DNA of 64,000 bases, from positions 224,001-288,000 of the forward strand of contig CAWCKY010000003.1 in assembly GCA_963796275.1 (NCBI GenBank), given 5' to 3'. The stretch is from an uncultured Acidobacteriota bacterium. GTDB taxonomy: Bacteria > Acidobacteriota > Blastocatellia > RBC074. The position numbers and the translations under genes were made by a program. Shown here piece by piece: positions 35,560 to 44,838 of this stretch; positions within the stretch are counted from its first letter, which is position 1; each line of letters opens with the position of its first letter. The notes below the pieces were generated by a model that worked only from the letters and a program-made list of their open reading frames with translations, was not told the DNA's origin and ran no database searches.

Positions 35560-35829
35560 CTATCTGTTGGGCAGATCGAGAGTCTCGAGCACGATCTCCA
35601 AAGAACGTGCGGCGATGTCGCGCGTACGTTCGCTCCAGCCCATCTGCTCGCGGTTCTGTTCGTAATCGCGACGCACCCGCTCTCTCAGTCTTTCAATGAA
35701 ATCTTCAGGGTTGGGCGATTTTTCAATCGCATGGTCAATTTCGCGATATGCGTTGTGAATAGTGATCAACCAGTCTGATGCGTGGTATTCAGGTGTTCCC
35801 GGTTCTGCGCTGAACTTCGCAGTAGCCAT
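35560..35829 (-). CDS. small hypothetical protein
   Basis: 89-aa ORF with GGAG RBS, downstream of the M20 gene. Confidence 0.6.
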   Translation of the reverse strand: MATAKFSAEPGTPEYHASDWLITIHNAYREIDHAIEKSPNPEDFIERLRERVRRDYEQNREQMGWSERTRDIAARSLEIVLETLDLPNR

Positions 35830-35887
35830 TTTGATAAACTCCGTGTCAATTAAAGTGTGAGATGGAATGCAATCTTTATCTCAAATC

Positions 35888-36898
35888 TCAGATTTGAGAT
35901 TTCATTAGCGTACGCACCATACGAGCGTAAGTCTCGACGGCATTCAACAGGTCCTGTTTGCGAATGTATTCGTGTGCCGTATGTGCATCGTGGATCGAGC
36001 CCGGGCCGAAAAGCAGGGGGCGGCCCCAATTGGTCAGGCACGGAATATCTGTCCCGAAGCGTACGACGTTCGTGGGGATATCAATTTCTTTCACCGTGTG
36101 CATGTGGATCGGGGGGATGGAAAATCCGCGCTTTATCTCTGCACGCCCGCTTCCGATCTCGATCACTTGCCGGAAAAGATCATCGGGAGAGTAGACCGTA
36201 CGAAACATCAGTTCGGCGGCGGCGAAATCGGGTACGACGTTGGGTTTGCGCCCTCCGCTGATCGTTCCGACATTGCAGGTTGTCGGCCCGAGTTCCGGCT
36301 CAACCGGCCAGTCTGCGTTTCTGATGTCATTTATAATGTCGAGCAGTTTTTCGATCGCCGATTCGCCCAGTTCGGGATAAGCCGAATGAGCAGCGCGGCC
36401 TTTTGTTTCGATGACCACCCGCAGCGCCCCTTTGGTCGCTATTGCTTGATGGCTTTCGGTCGGCTCGCCGTTGATCAGATATCGGTTCCGGTTGGGAATC
36501 CCGTTCGCCGCCATCGCGCCGTCGCTCCCGTCTTCTTCGCCGACGACGTAGAGCAGGCCGATGTCTTTCAGCCCTTCCGCCTTCAATCTCTTAGCAGCAA
36601 ATACCTGCGCGGCGATCACCCCCTTCGCATCGCATGCGCCGCGCCCGTAAATATTCCCCTCGTCTTCGCTGAATCCGATGAACGGCGGTACCGTGTCGAT
36701 ATGCGATGAAAAAGTGACGAGCGGGTCGCCGATGCGCGCATAGACGTTAATGCGGTCATCGCTCACCGGCTGCGCCGTAACCTGGAAGCCGGCGTCTGAC
36801 AGGTAGTCGCGCAGCCATCGTCCGACCGCCCCTTCGTTCCAGGAGATCGATTCGATCTCCATCAATTCCCGTGTGAACTGAAATATATCCATAGCCAT
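35888..36898 (-). CDS. M20 metallopeptidase (ArgE/DapE-like deacylase)
   Basis: SSHIDTVPP, GRGACDAKG, VGEE, GEPT, AAHSAYPE, GPGSIHDAH; downstream of dapD. Confidence 0.9.
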   Translation of the reverse strand: MAMDIFQFTRELMEIESISWNEGAVGRWLRDYLSDAGFQVTAQPVSDDRINVYARIGDPLVTFSSHIDTVPPFIGFSEDEGNIYGRGACDAKGVIAAQVFAAKRLKAEGLKDIGLLYVVGEEDGSDGAMAANGIPNRNRYLINGEPTESHQAIATKGALRVVIETKGRAAHSAYPELGESAIEKLLDIINDIRNADWPVEPELGPTTCNVGTISGGRKPNVVPDFAAAELMFRTVYSPDDLFRQVIEIGSGRAEIKRGFSIPPIHMHTVKEIDIPTNVVRFGTDIPCLTNWGRPLLFGPGSIHDAHTAHEYIRKQDLLNAVETYARMVRTLMKSQI

Positions 36899-37049
36899 TA
36901 GCGAGGGGCGATTATAAATGGGCTTTGCAATATTGAGAAGTAAAGAGAGAATCAATACCGCGAGCGATAGATAACCATGCCCCATTACTGGTTAAATTTC
37001 GGGGCGCTCTATTGTCACCGATTAAGGTAATGCCTATTCATTTCTCTCC

Positions 37050-37898
37050 TCAACGCAAGAATTCTTCCAGCTTCACTGCCGTCTCCGTCTTCTCATCGCG
37101 ATATTTGATGATGATGGGGGCATAGACCGACAACCCCCAGTCTTTCGCTGCTCCGACCGTAACCGCTCGTGAGCCGGGGACCACGACCGCTCCGGGCGGA
37201 ACCTCTAGCGGCTTTTCCCCTTCGCGCCGGTATATCTCGCCGCGAACCGCATCGAAGATCGGCGTCGATCCGGTCAATATCACGCCCGCGGCCAGGATAG
37301 CGCGTTCGCGAACGATCGCGCCTTCATAAACGCCGCAATTGCCGCCGATGAGCACTTCGTCCTCGATGATCACCGGCATCGCGCCCACAGGTTCCAGGAC
37401 GCCGCCGATCTGAGCGGCAGCGCTGACGTGGCATCGCTTTCCCACCTGAGCGCAGGATCCGATGAGCGCGTGCGAATCGACCATCGTTCCGTCGTCAACA
37501 TAAGCCCCAGCGTTGATGTAGGCCGGCGGCATAATCGTCACTCCACGTCCCAGATAAACGCCATCGCGGATCGTCGAACCGCCCGGCACAATACGCACAC
37601 CGTCGGCGATTGTCACGCGTTTTGTCGGATAGGTCTCTTTGTCGAAAAAACGAAAATTATCGTCGATTGAGCAGTCGACCAGGGCGCCCAGGCGGAACCC
37701 CAGCAGGATGCCGCGTTTGACCCATTGATGGACTATCCATCGATCGCCGGTCTCTCTGCTGGCAGCCCGCACTTCACCGCGATTGAGCGCGACCTTAAAT
37801 TCGTTGAATACGGCCAGTCCTTCGCGTCTTTGCTCTTCGGTCGGTTCGGTGATCTGGAAAAATGATTCGATTTGTGACTTGAGATTCGAGATATTCAT
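37050..37898 (-). CDS. dapD: tetrahydrodipicolinate N-succinyltransferase
   Basis: WVKRGILLGFR, RIVPGG, GAYVDDGTMVDSHALIGSCAQVG, IGGVLEP, PVIIED. Confidence 0.93.
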   Translation of the reverse strand: MNISNLKSQIESFFQITEPTEEQRREGLAVFNEFKVALNRGEVRAASRETGDRWIVHQWVKRGILLGFRLGALVDCSIDDNFRFFDKETYPTKRVTIADGVRIVPGGSTIRDGVYLGRGVTIMPPAYINAGAYVDDGTMVDSHALIGSCAQVGKRCHVSAAAQIGGVLEPVGAMPVIIEDEVLIGGNCGVYEGAIVRERAILAAGVILTGSTPIFDAVRGEIYRREGEKPLEVPPGAVVVPGSRAVTVGAAKDWGLSVYAPIIIKYRDEKTETAVKLEEFLR

Positions 37899-38035
37899 GG
37901 TTTCTCTTCGGGCGGCGGCTCATTGGACTCTTTCTTGCGGCGCCAGGCTGTGACGAAATGAATGATTATCGCCAGCGCAAACATGCCGATGATCAGGAGT
38001 GCGATGCTGCCGATATATTGGAGTAAGTCGGACAT
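37895..38035 (-). CDS. 46-aa single-TM protein coupled to dapD
   Basis: MSDLLQYIGSIALLIIGMFALAIIIHFVTAWRRKKESNEPPPEEKP; ATGA overlap with dapD start. Confidence 0.6.
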   Translation of the reverse strand: MSDLLQYIGSIALLIIGMFALAIIIHFVTAWRRKKESNEPPPEEKP

Positions 38036-38040
38036 AAGAT

Positions 38041-38100
38041 AGTTTTCAGTTTTTAGTTTTCAGCTTGAGTCGCCCCTGAAACTGAAAACTGAAAACTGAA
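38041..38100. repeat. inverted heptamer (AAAACTG)n intergenic element
   Basis: (AGTTTTC)n-spacer-(AAAACTG)n; related copies at 40003-40068, 57121-57205, 61434-61489. Confidence 0.8.
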
Positions 38101-38264
38101 ATTAACTGCTCAGCCTCTTCGCCGCGTTAGCGGCGGCTGATTGTAGCCGTGGGTTTTAACCCACGGCGGGATTGAAGGACATTCCCGCGTCGCGTCAGCG
38201 ACGCCTGAATTCAACCGTCGCTGACGCGACGTGAAAAAATTTACCGCCACCGTGGGTTAAAACC

Positions 38265-39660
38265 CACTGGTATCTACACATTTCCGACGGTCAGGAATAG
38301 CCTGGCACAATGAGCCGGGCCATCTGTTTAAGGTCATTGAGGTCATAATGTTCGAGCAATTCAAGTGTCGACAAGAAACTCCAAAACCCAGCCAACAATG
38401 CTGGTGCAGTGGGTTGCCCACGCCGAACTTGTCGACCGCTCAATCGCACCAAGAGATTGCGCAGGGTGACCGTCTGCGGATCCGTTGCGCGTTGGATGTG
38501 CCAGACTACGACACAAGCCATGGCCACCACCAACAAACGTTTGGCAATCGCCTCAGCAGTTTCCTGCTGCCACTGGTCGACTTGGAAACCATGGCTTTTA
38601 AGCAACTTGAAGTAAGATTCAATTCTCCAGCGCCAGTAGTACCATTCGGCCAGTTGCTCAGCGCTGATGCCAGCCGGCACGTTACTGAGCAAGTACCATT
38701 CAGCCGCAATCGTTTCATCGGGCAAGCGCAGTTGACAGACAATCAAGCGCAGTTCGAGCGGCTCACCTTTGATCCATTGACGCTTGCCCCCGTCGCGCGC
38801 GCGGGGAAAGGCCGGACGATCAATGACGATGCTGGTTTCGCCCACAAACAGTTGCCCAATGAGATTGGCCGAAATCTCTACCGCTTGGCTAGCGCGCAAG
38901 GCGACCTGTGCTGCGACCTGGCTCAACGGTTGTGTCCGCTCCTGCCAAACAACTCTCTGTTCCCCGTTGGCACGTACTTCAAACAGATGGCCTTCACTAT
39001 TCCATTGACGATAGTGAAAGATCGAGTCGCCTTCCCGATCAATGATGTGGACCAGCGGCAACGACAGTTTTTGCTTCTGCGAAGCCCGCATTGTCTGGCT
39101 CACCAATCCCAGGGGCGACCAATCTCTGTGCCTCTCTTCATCAAGCGTTGTGTGCCATCCATCATTGGCCCACAGCCCAAGGCTGATCGGCGCTATCGGC
39201 GCCCCGCTCTGGTCGCTCAGCAGCAACGTGGTCGCCAGTTTGTAGCCCAAGTCGCTGCCGATTTTTTTCCGATCCTTCTTGCTCGTGTGCGTTCCGTAGC
39301 GCAGATCAGACCAGTCGTGGATCGCCAGTCCATACCGTCGACAGACAAGCGGCATCTCCCGCCGAGCTTGTTCTACCAACGGTTCGACCAGCCCCGTCAG
39401 CTTCACATTGGGGTTGGCATAAAATCGCCAGGCCGCTTGCGTGCTGGCAAACGCTTCATTAACGCTCGGCAGCGCACGCGATCCAGCAGCTTGATTCTCG
39501 CTTGTATGGAGATGTTCATTCACCAGCCTCTCATACCGTCTTTGCAAACGGGGGTCAAATGGAGGTTTGAGGAGAAACATTCAAAGAGCATATTCTTCGG
39601 TAGGTTTGATTGCGATAACTCTTTGCAACCAAACGCAAAAACTTGTGTAGATACCAGTGC
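38265..39660 (-). mobile_element. IS4-family insertion sequence
   Basis: 16-bp TIRs CACTGGTATCTACACA/TGTGTAGATACCAGTG; 9-10-bp target duplication GGTTAAAAC(C). Confidence 0.92.
38291..39580 (-). CDS. IS4-family DDE transposase
   Basis: IHDWSDL (D), IDREGD (D), YYWRWRIESYFKLLK (YREK/E). Confidence 0.93.
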   Translation of the reverse strand: MFLLKPPFDPRLQRRYERLVNEHLHTSENQAAGSRALPSVNEAFASTQAAWRFYANPNVKLTGLVEPLVEQARREMPLVCRRYGLAIHDWSDLRYGTHTSKKDRKKIGSDLGYKLATTLLLSDQSGAPIAPISLGLWANDGWHTTLDEERHRDWSPLGLVSQTMRASQKQKLSLPLVHIIDREGDSIFHYRQWNSEGHLFEVRANGEQRVVWQERTQPLSQVAAQVALRASQAVEISANLIGQLFVGETSIVIDRPAFPRARDGGKRQWIKGEPLELRLIVCQLRLPDETIAAEWYLLSNVPAGISAEQLAEWYYWRWRIESYFKLLKSHGFQVDQWQQETAEAIAKRLLVVAMACVVVWHIQRATDPQTVTLRNLLVRLSGRQVRRGQPTAPALLAGFWSFLSTLELLEHYDLNDLKQMARLIVPGYS

Positions 39661-40020
39661 GGTTAAAACCCACGGCTACAATCAGCCGCCGCTAACGCGG
39701 CGAAGAGGCTGAGCAGTCACATTCAGTATCAGCGTTCAATTGTCAGCTTCAGTTTTTAGCCTTTCAGCCACCGTGGGTTAAAACCTGGTTAAAACCCACG
39801 GCTACAATCAACCGCCGCTAACGCGGCGAAGAGGCTGAGCAGTCACATTCAGTAATCAGCGTTCAATTGTCAGCTTCAGTTTTTAGCCTTTCAGCCACCG
39901 TGGGTTAAAACCTGGTTAAAACCCACGGCTACAATCAACCGCCGCTAACGCGGCGAAGAGGCTAGCAGTCACATTCAGTAATCAGCGTTCAATTGTCAGC
40001 TTCAGTTTTTAGCCTTTCAG
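39661..40020. repeat. tandem repeat, about 126-bp unit, about 2.9 copies
   Basis: Units start at 39661, 39787 and 39914; nearly identical REP right arm plus flank. Confidence 0.9.
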
Positions 40021-40068
40021 CCTTTCAGCTTGAGTCTCTCCTGAAACTGAAAACTGAAAACTAAAAAC
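40003..40068. repeat. inverted heptamer element overlapping hydrolase stop codon
   Basis: TTTCAGCTTGAGTC....CCTGAAACTGAAAACTGAAAACT, nearly identical to 38057-38097. Confidence 0.75.
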
Positions 40069-40744
40069 CGTTTTGCGCCAGCCAATTATTTATCACCGGA
40101 TAGGAATCGCGCGGCACTTCGTGATCCGCGTCGAAAAATCTCAATTCGACCGATTTGGCGCGTTTGCGCAGCGCCTCGGCGTTCGCGCGAATCCGTTCGG
40201 GCGTATAAAACTCGTCGCGTTCGGCCGCGATATAGAGCACATCGATTTTTCCGCTCTGATATTTTCCTTCGACCTGCCAGTCACCCGGAATGCCACCGCA
40301 AATGGCGACAACACCTTTCACCAGATGATTGTGGGTGAATGCGAAACGGAAATTTACCCCGACGGCCTGAGAAAAACCCATCAGGAATATGCGGCTGGCG
40401 TCCGCTTCGCCGGAATTCTTCAACTTTTCTATGATCTCTAACACGAGCCGGTGATGGAGCGCGACCGACTCTTCCGGTTTGAAATTGGTCAGCCAGCCGA
40501 ACCCGTAGCCCGGCTGCGTCGATTCTACCGCGGTCCTCACCATATGCTGATGCGGCCCCTGCAGCGCGGCGATAAGATAGTCGCGGTCATTGATTCGCCG
40601 CATAAGCTTCATCATCGATGTCTTGTCCCCGCCGTACCCGTGCATTGCGATGATCAGCGGTTTGGGTTTAGTACCTCCGGGATTGTAAAGATCGTAGTAA
40701 TACGGAAATTCCTGGACGCTGCGGCATTCTGTGATCTCGGCCAT
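40061..40744 (-). CDS. alpha/beta hydrolase (phospholipase/carboxylesterase family)
   Basis: MHGYG, GFSQA nucleophile elbow, D (RDEF), H (ADHEV); CAGGAG RBS. Confidence 0.88.
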   Translation of the reverse strand: MAEITECRSVQEFPYYYDLYNPGGTKPKPLIIAMHGYGGDKTSMMKLMRRINDRDYLIAALQGPHQHMVRTAVESTQPGYGFGWLTNFKPEESVALHHRLVLEIIEKLKNSGEADASRIFLMGFSQAVGVNFRFAFTHNHLVKGVVAICGGIPGDWQVEGKYQSGKIDVLYIAAERDEFYTPERIRANAEALRKRAKSVELRFFDADHEVPRDSYPVINNWLAQNGF

Positions 40745-40812
40745 CTGATTCTCCTGGATCAAAAAAGAAGAAGCGAATCATAACGTAGATCGTCGTGTGT
40801 ACCAACCGGCAC

Positions 40813-40841
40813 TTGACTCTCGGTATAGTCAATCAGATAAT
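40813..40841 (+). promoter_or_regulatory. sigma-70 promoter with overlapping palindrome
   Basis: TTGACT-17 nt-GATAAT; TTGACT-N8-AGTCAA inverted repeat. Confidence 0.55.
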
Positions 40842-41106
40842 CCGCCTCAGCCGACGAGGTTGATCCGTCAAACATGACTTGTCTTGATTCAACCAAGGCT
40901 CCTCAGTTGGCATCTAACGTCTTTGCTGGGACGACAAAGCATACCTAACCAGTACAGTTCTGAATAAATCATTTATGGATTGCTCTTGAATTATTCAGCG
41001 GAGTATCTCCTCATGCATTTCGGGCTGACCGCGCTGTGGTAAGTCATTAACCGATGATTGCGTAGGTGTAGATATACTCCGCCACACGCAAGGAAGGAAG
41101 GTAAAG

Positions 41107-44100
41107 ATGTTAAACAAACGGAGAGGGTGGATGGTGAAGAGTCTGTTTTTCGCATTGGTCGCGGGACTTATGGCGGTACCCTCGCTCACCGGATTCACAC
41201 AATCGGATAATTCTCAACTGTCAGGATTCGCTAAGGATCAGGCAGGAGGCGCCATCTCAGGCGCCAAGGTCACAGTCAAGAACGAAACGAGAGAGTTCCA
41301 GCGAACAACTACGACAAATGCCGAAGGGTATTATGTAGTATCAAGTTTGCCTCCCGGGCTCTACACGATCACGGTTGAGGCGAACGGTTTTAAACTATTT
41401 CAGGCGACCGGCAAAAAACTAGATCCGAACATAGCTGCCAATGAAGACGTGACTCTCGTGCCCGGCCAATTGACGGAGACGGTCAACGTCACGGCATCAA
41501 CTGCTTCAGTGCAGACTGAAACGGCTACGGTGGGGAAGCTGGTTGAAGGTAAACAGATCGAAGCCCTGCAACTTAACGGGCGCAACCCCCTCTTCCTCGC
41601 CCAGCTAAAACCGGGTGTCGCGGGTAATGCGATGGGCGGGTTCAATTTTGGCCTGACCACCGCGGGGCTGAATATCAATGGCTCGCGCACACAGGATAAC
41701 CTGATCACCTTCGATGGCGCCGTCGCCGTACGCACCCGTTCGAACGGCACGAGCATCGGTGTGGCCGATCTCGATTCAACGCAGGAGGTGCAGGTCCTCA
41801 CCGCAAACTATAACGCCGAGTACGGCCGCGCGGCGGGGGGGCAAATCCGCATCGTGACCAAGAGCGGAAGCCGCGACTTCCACGGCAACTTTTACGAGTA
41901 TCTGCGTAATTCCGCGTTTAACGCCAATGAGTGGAGCCGCAATGCAAACGCGCCGCCCAACCAGCCCTGTAGCGATCCTCAGTTTGAAAAGGCAACGCAT
42001 TGCCGGCCTAATCCGTTCCGCTTCAATCAATTCGGATATAACCTGAGCGGGCCGGTCATCATCCCCGGCACTGGCATCAACCGTGATCGCAACAAACTGT
42101 TCTGGCTTTGGGGGCAGGAGTGGCTGCGGGAGAGGAGAGCGCTCAACCGCTCGCTAATCGTGCCGACGCAGAGGATGAGGAATGGAGATTTCGGCGAGCT
42201 GCTCGATCCGAATAATGTATATATCCGCGGAGGCCTGCAGGTAAGGCATCCGGGCACGGGTGTGGCATTTGACAATAATGTGATCCCGCAAGAGATGCTC
42301 AGTGCCAACGGCATGGGGATATTGAGAGCTTTTCCTGAACCGATTCCCGGCTTCATAGGGGCTGGCGGACAGAATTGGTTTGCTGAGCGCCCGCTCACTA
42401 CCGATCAGCGCAAAGACACGCTCTCGATCGACTTCTATCCTAACGAACGGCATCAACTCAGATGGCGTTTGCAGCTCTATAATTTCGTCGAAAATTCCCC
42501 GTTTCCGTTTGCCGGCGATCCTGGTTTGACGCCACGAATCTTCGATCGTCCCAACCAGACGACATCGATCAATTGGGTCTGGACCATTTCACCTAACTGG
42601 GTTAGTGAAACGCTCGTGGCCGGCAGCCGTGATCAGGTCTTCATCAGTGTGGACGGGAGCGCCGATTTATTGAGGAGGAGCAGATACGGAATCAATTATC
42701 CGTACATATTCCCCGATCGAAAGGAGATTAACGATAAGATCCCGACCATTGACGGGCTATCGCCCTTCGGACGCCTCGATGGAGGCCCATATCCGGCACA
42801 ATCTACCGGGCCGATCTACCAGGTATCCAACAATCTGACCAATATCCGTGGCAGTCACACTATCAAGTTCGGCGCCTATTTCGAGCGCGCCGGTCAAAAT
42901 GACTTCGATCAGATCAACGTTAACGGCACACCCGGCGGCACCAACAATCAGAACGGCCGGTTTGCCTTTGTCGATGAAAGACAAGGAGGCGTGCTTATCA
43001 CGCCGTCCATTGTTAATGCCGCCCTGGGACGCTTCAACACATACGCCGAGATCGGACAGCGATCATTCACTCCATACCGCGGCCATATGTTCGAGTGGTT
43101 CGCACAGGATGGCTGGAAGGTCACGCCCAAGCTGCGTATGGAATTCGGTCTACGCCATACCATCATCCAGCCTTACTATAGCCTGTGGGGCAACATGGTG
43201 GTTTTCGACGAGCGGTATTACGATCCTAACAATGTCGTCACGCAGAATCCGTCGAATGGATTTATCACCGGCGGTGACCTGCGTGCGCAATACAACGGGC
43301 TCGTCATTCCTGGCGATGGCTGGCCTCCTGCCGCCGCCGGACGCATCGATCTGGTAAATAACCCGGACTACGCGTTTCTCTTCCGTGGCGATCCGAAGCA
43401 GTATTCTGATATTCATAAAAATACCTTCCAACCGCGGGTGGGTATCGCCTATGCGTTCAATGACAAAACAGTGATACGGGCCGGCGCCGGCCGCTTCCTG
43501 ACACGCCTGGGGGTGAGCGATTCGGTCTTCCTCGGCGGGAACCCGCCTTTACAACCGACCGTCTCGGTGACCAATGGCATGGTGGACAATCCGGGCGGCA
43601 TGGGCAGTAACGCATTCCCGTTGGCGATCACGACGCAGGATCGCGTCTTCAAGAACCCCGAATCCTGGGCATGGAGCGCGACCGTTCAGCGCGAAGTCGC
43701 TTTCAACACTACGATTGAGATCGGTTATGTCGGAAGACGCGGATTGCATGGGCAACGCGAGCGCAACCTCAATCAGCTCGAACCGGGCACAATACAGGAC
43801 AATCCGGGTATCAATGCCGATTACCTGCGTCCGTACAAAGGTCTGGGCATTATCCGTGTAACCAACAACGATGCCAACTCGAGCTATCACGGTTTCCAGG
43901 TCGGAGTTGACCGCCGGTTTAGCCAGGGTCTCGGATTCGGCGTGGCTTACACTCTGTCGAAGGTGATGGATGATGGATCGGCGCAGCGATTCGTCATTCC
44001 GAACACCGATGATGCAAGCACTCTCTGGGGACCGGCCGACTACGATCGCCGCCACGTCCTGGTGCTGAATGCGATCTACGAATTCCCATTCTTCAAGAAT

Positions 44101-44634
44101 TATTCGAAGCTGACCGGGAAAATATTAGGCGGCTGGAGCATCAGCGCGATCTCGCAATTCCAGACCGGAACTCCATTCTCTATCACTTCCGGCGATGACT
44201 TCGCGGGAGTCGGACCGGGCAGTGGGCGCCAGTTCTGGGCTATCACTGGCGATCCGCAGCTCGACCATAGTTTCTCGGGCAATGCCGCGGACGACAATTA
44301 CTGGTTCCGGGCGACTGCCGTTGCACCGGGAACAGGAACATTCGCCAATCAGAAGTTCCGCAATTTCATTTACGGTCCTGGATTCCAGAATCACAACATA
44401 GGGATATTCAAGACCTTCTTAATCACGGAGAGACATCGCCTCCAGTTCCGCGCCGAAGCTTTCAATTGGCTGAACCATCCAAACTGGGGTGGTGGTAATG
44501 GAACTGGCACATACAATGCGAACGACGGCACCGCAGATGGCATTGGGCTCAATCCTCTCAGTGCTAATTTTGGAAAGGTAGCGACCAAAGGAAGCGAGCG
44601 CCAGTTGCAGTTCGCGCTCCGTTATCAGTTCTAG
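41107..44634 (+). CDS. Oar-type TonB-dependent receptor (intact)
   Basis: N-terminal carboxypeptidase-like domain, LNGRN, INGSR, EVQVLTANYNAEYGR, FQPRVGIAYA, C-terminal LQFALRYQF. Confidence 0.95.
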   Translation: MLNKRRGWMVKSLFFALVAGLMAVPSLTGFTQSDNSQLSGFAKDQAGGAISGAKVTVKNETREFQRTTTTNAEGYYVVSSLPPGLYTITVEANGFKLFQATGKKLDPNIAANEDVTLVPGQLTETVNVTASTASVQTETATVGKLVEGKQIEALQLNGRNPLFLAQLKPGVAGNAMGGFNFGLTTAGLNINGSRTQDNLITFDGAVAVRTRSNGTSIGVADLDSTQEVQVLTANYNAEYGRAAGGQIRIVTKSGSRDFHGNFYEYLRNSAFNANEWSRNANAPPNQPCSDPQFEKATHCRPNPFRFNQFGYNLSGPVIIPGTGINRDRNKLFWLWGQEWLRERRALNRSLIVPTQRMRNGDFGELLDPNNVYIRGGLQVRHPGTGVAFDNNVIPQEMLSANGMGILRAFPEPIPGFIGAGGQNWFAERPLTTDQRKDTLSIDFYPNERHQLRWRLQLYNFVENSPFPFAGDPGLTPRIFDRPNQTTSINWVWTISPNWVSETLVAGSRDQVFISVDGSADLLRRSRYGINYPYIFPDRKEINDKIPTIDGLSPFGRLDGGPYPAQSTGPIYQVSNNLTNIRGSHTIKFGAYFERAGQNDFDQINVNGTPGGTNNQNGRFAFVDERQGGVLITPSIVNAALGRFNTYAEIGQRSFTPYRGHMFEWFAQDGWKVTPKLRMEFGLRHTIIQPYYSLWGNMVVFDERYYDPNNVVTQNPSNGFITGGDLRAQYNGLVIPGDGWPPAAAGRIDLVNNPDYAFLFRGDPKQYSDIHKNTFQPRVGIAYAFNDKTVIRAGAGRFLTRLGVSDSVFLGGNPPLQPTVSVTNGMVDNPGGMGSNAFPLAITTQDRVFKNPESWAWSATVQREVAFNTTIEIGYVGRRGLHGQRERNLNQLEPGTIQDNPGINADYLRPYKGLGIIRVTNNDANSSYHGFQVGVDRRFSQGLGFGVAYTLSKVMDDGSAQRFVIPNTDDASTLWGPADYDRRHVLVLNAIYEFPFFKNYSKLTGKILGGWSISAISQFQTGTPFSITSGDDFAGVGPGSGRQFWAITGDPQLDHSFSGNAADDNYWFRATAVAPGTGTFANQKFRNFIYGPGFQNHNIGIFKTFLITERHRLQFRAEAFNWLNHPNWGGGNGTGTYNANDGTADGIGLNPLSANFGKVATKGSERQLQFALRYQF

Positions 44635-44659
44635 ACTTCGCCTCTCATGGCTTATGGCC

Positions 44660-44693
44660 GCCCGTTCGGGAGAAATCCCGGGCGGGCTTTTTT
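44660..44693 (+). terminator. intrinsic terminator
   Basis: GCCCGTTCGGGA-GAAA-TCCCGGGCGGGC-TTTTTT. Confidence 0.85.
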
Positions 44694-44838
44694 ATATAGC
44701 TATAAAGGATCACCCGCCCAAAAAATACGAACGCCGAGGTTTATCTCGGCGTCGTCGTGGTTGAAACCTGCAGGAATCTAACCAGCTATCATTTAAATTC
44801 TTAGTCAATTACCGGGTTGATTTTTTACCGGGTCGTGG

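Larger units (their letters stand above)
38105..39717. repeat. REP doublet (REPIN-like) with about 62-bp inverted arms, right arm split by IS
   Basis: Left arm 38105-38166 contains GTAG-CCGTGGGTTTTAACCCACGG; its inverse is 38250-38264 plus 39671-39717; inner 16-bp inverted pair at 38188-38203/38216-38231. Confidence 0.85.

Noticed and set aside
37869-37898. DapD N-terminus (MNISNLKSQI) as a repeat-derived insertion
   Set aside because: The DNA resembles the AATCTCA repeat, but the peptide also fits the normal DapD first helix, so this cannot be decided without an alignment.
38348-39712. 454-aa plus-strand ORF
   Set aside because: Antisense to the IS4 transposase, with no motifs of its own.
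39661-40020. CRISPR array
   Set aside because: The units are near-identical over their whole length with no unique spacers; there are no cas genes; the unit is REP-arm DNA.
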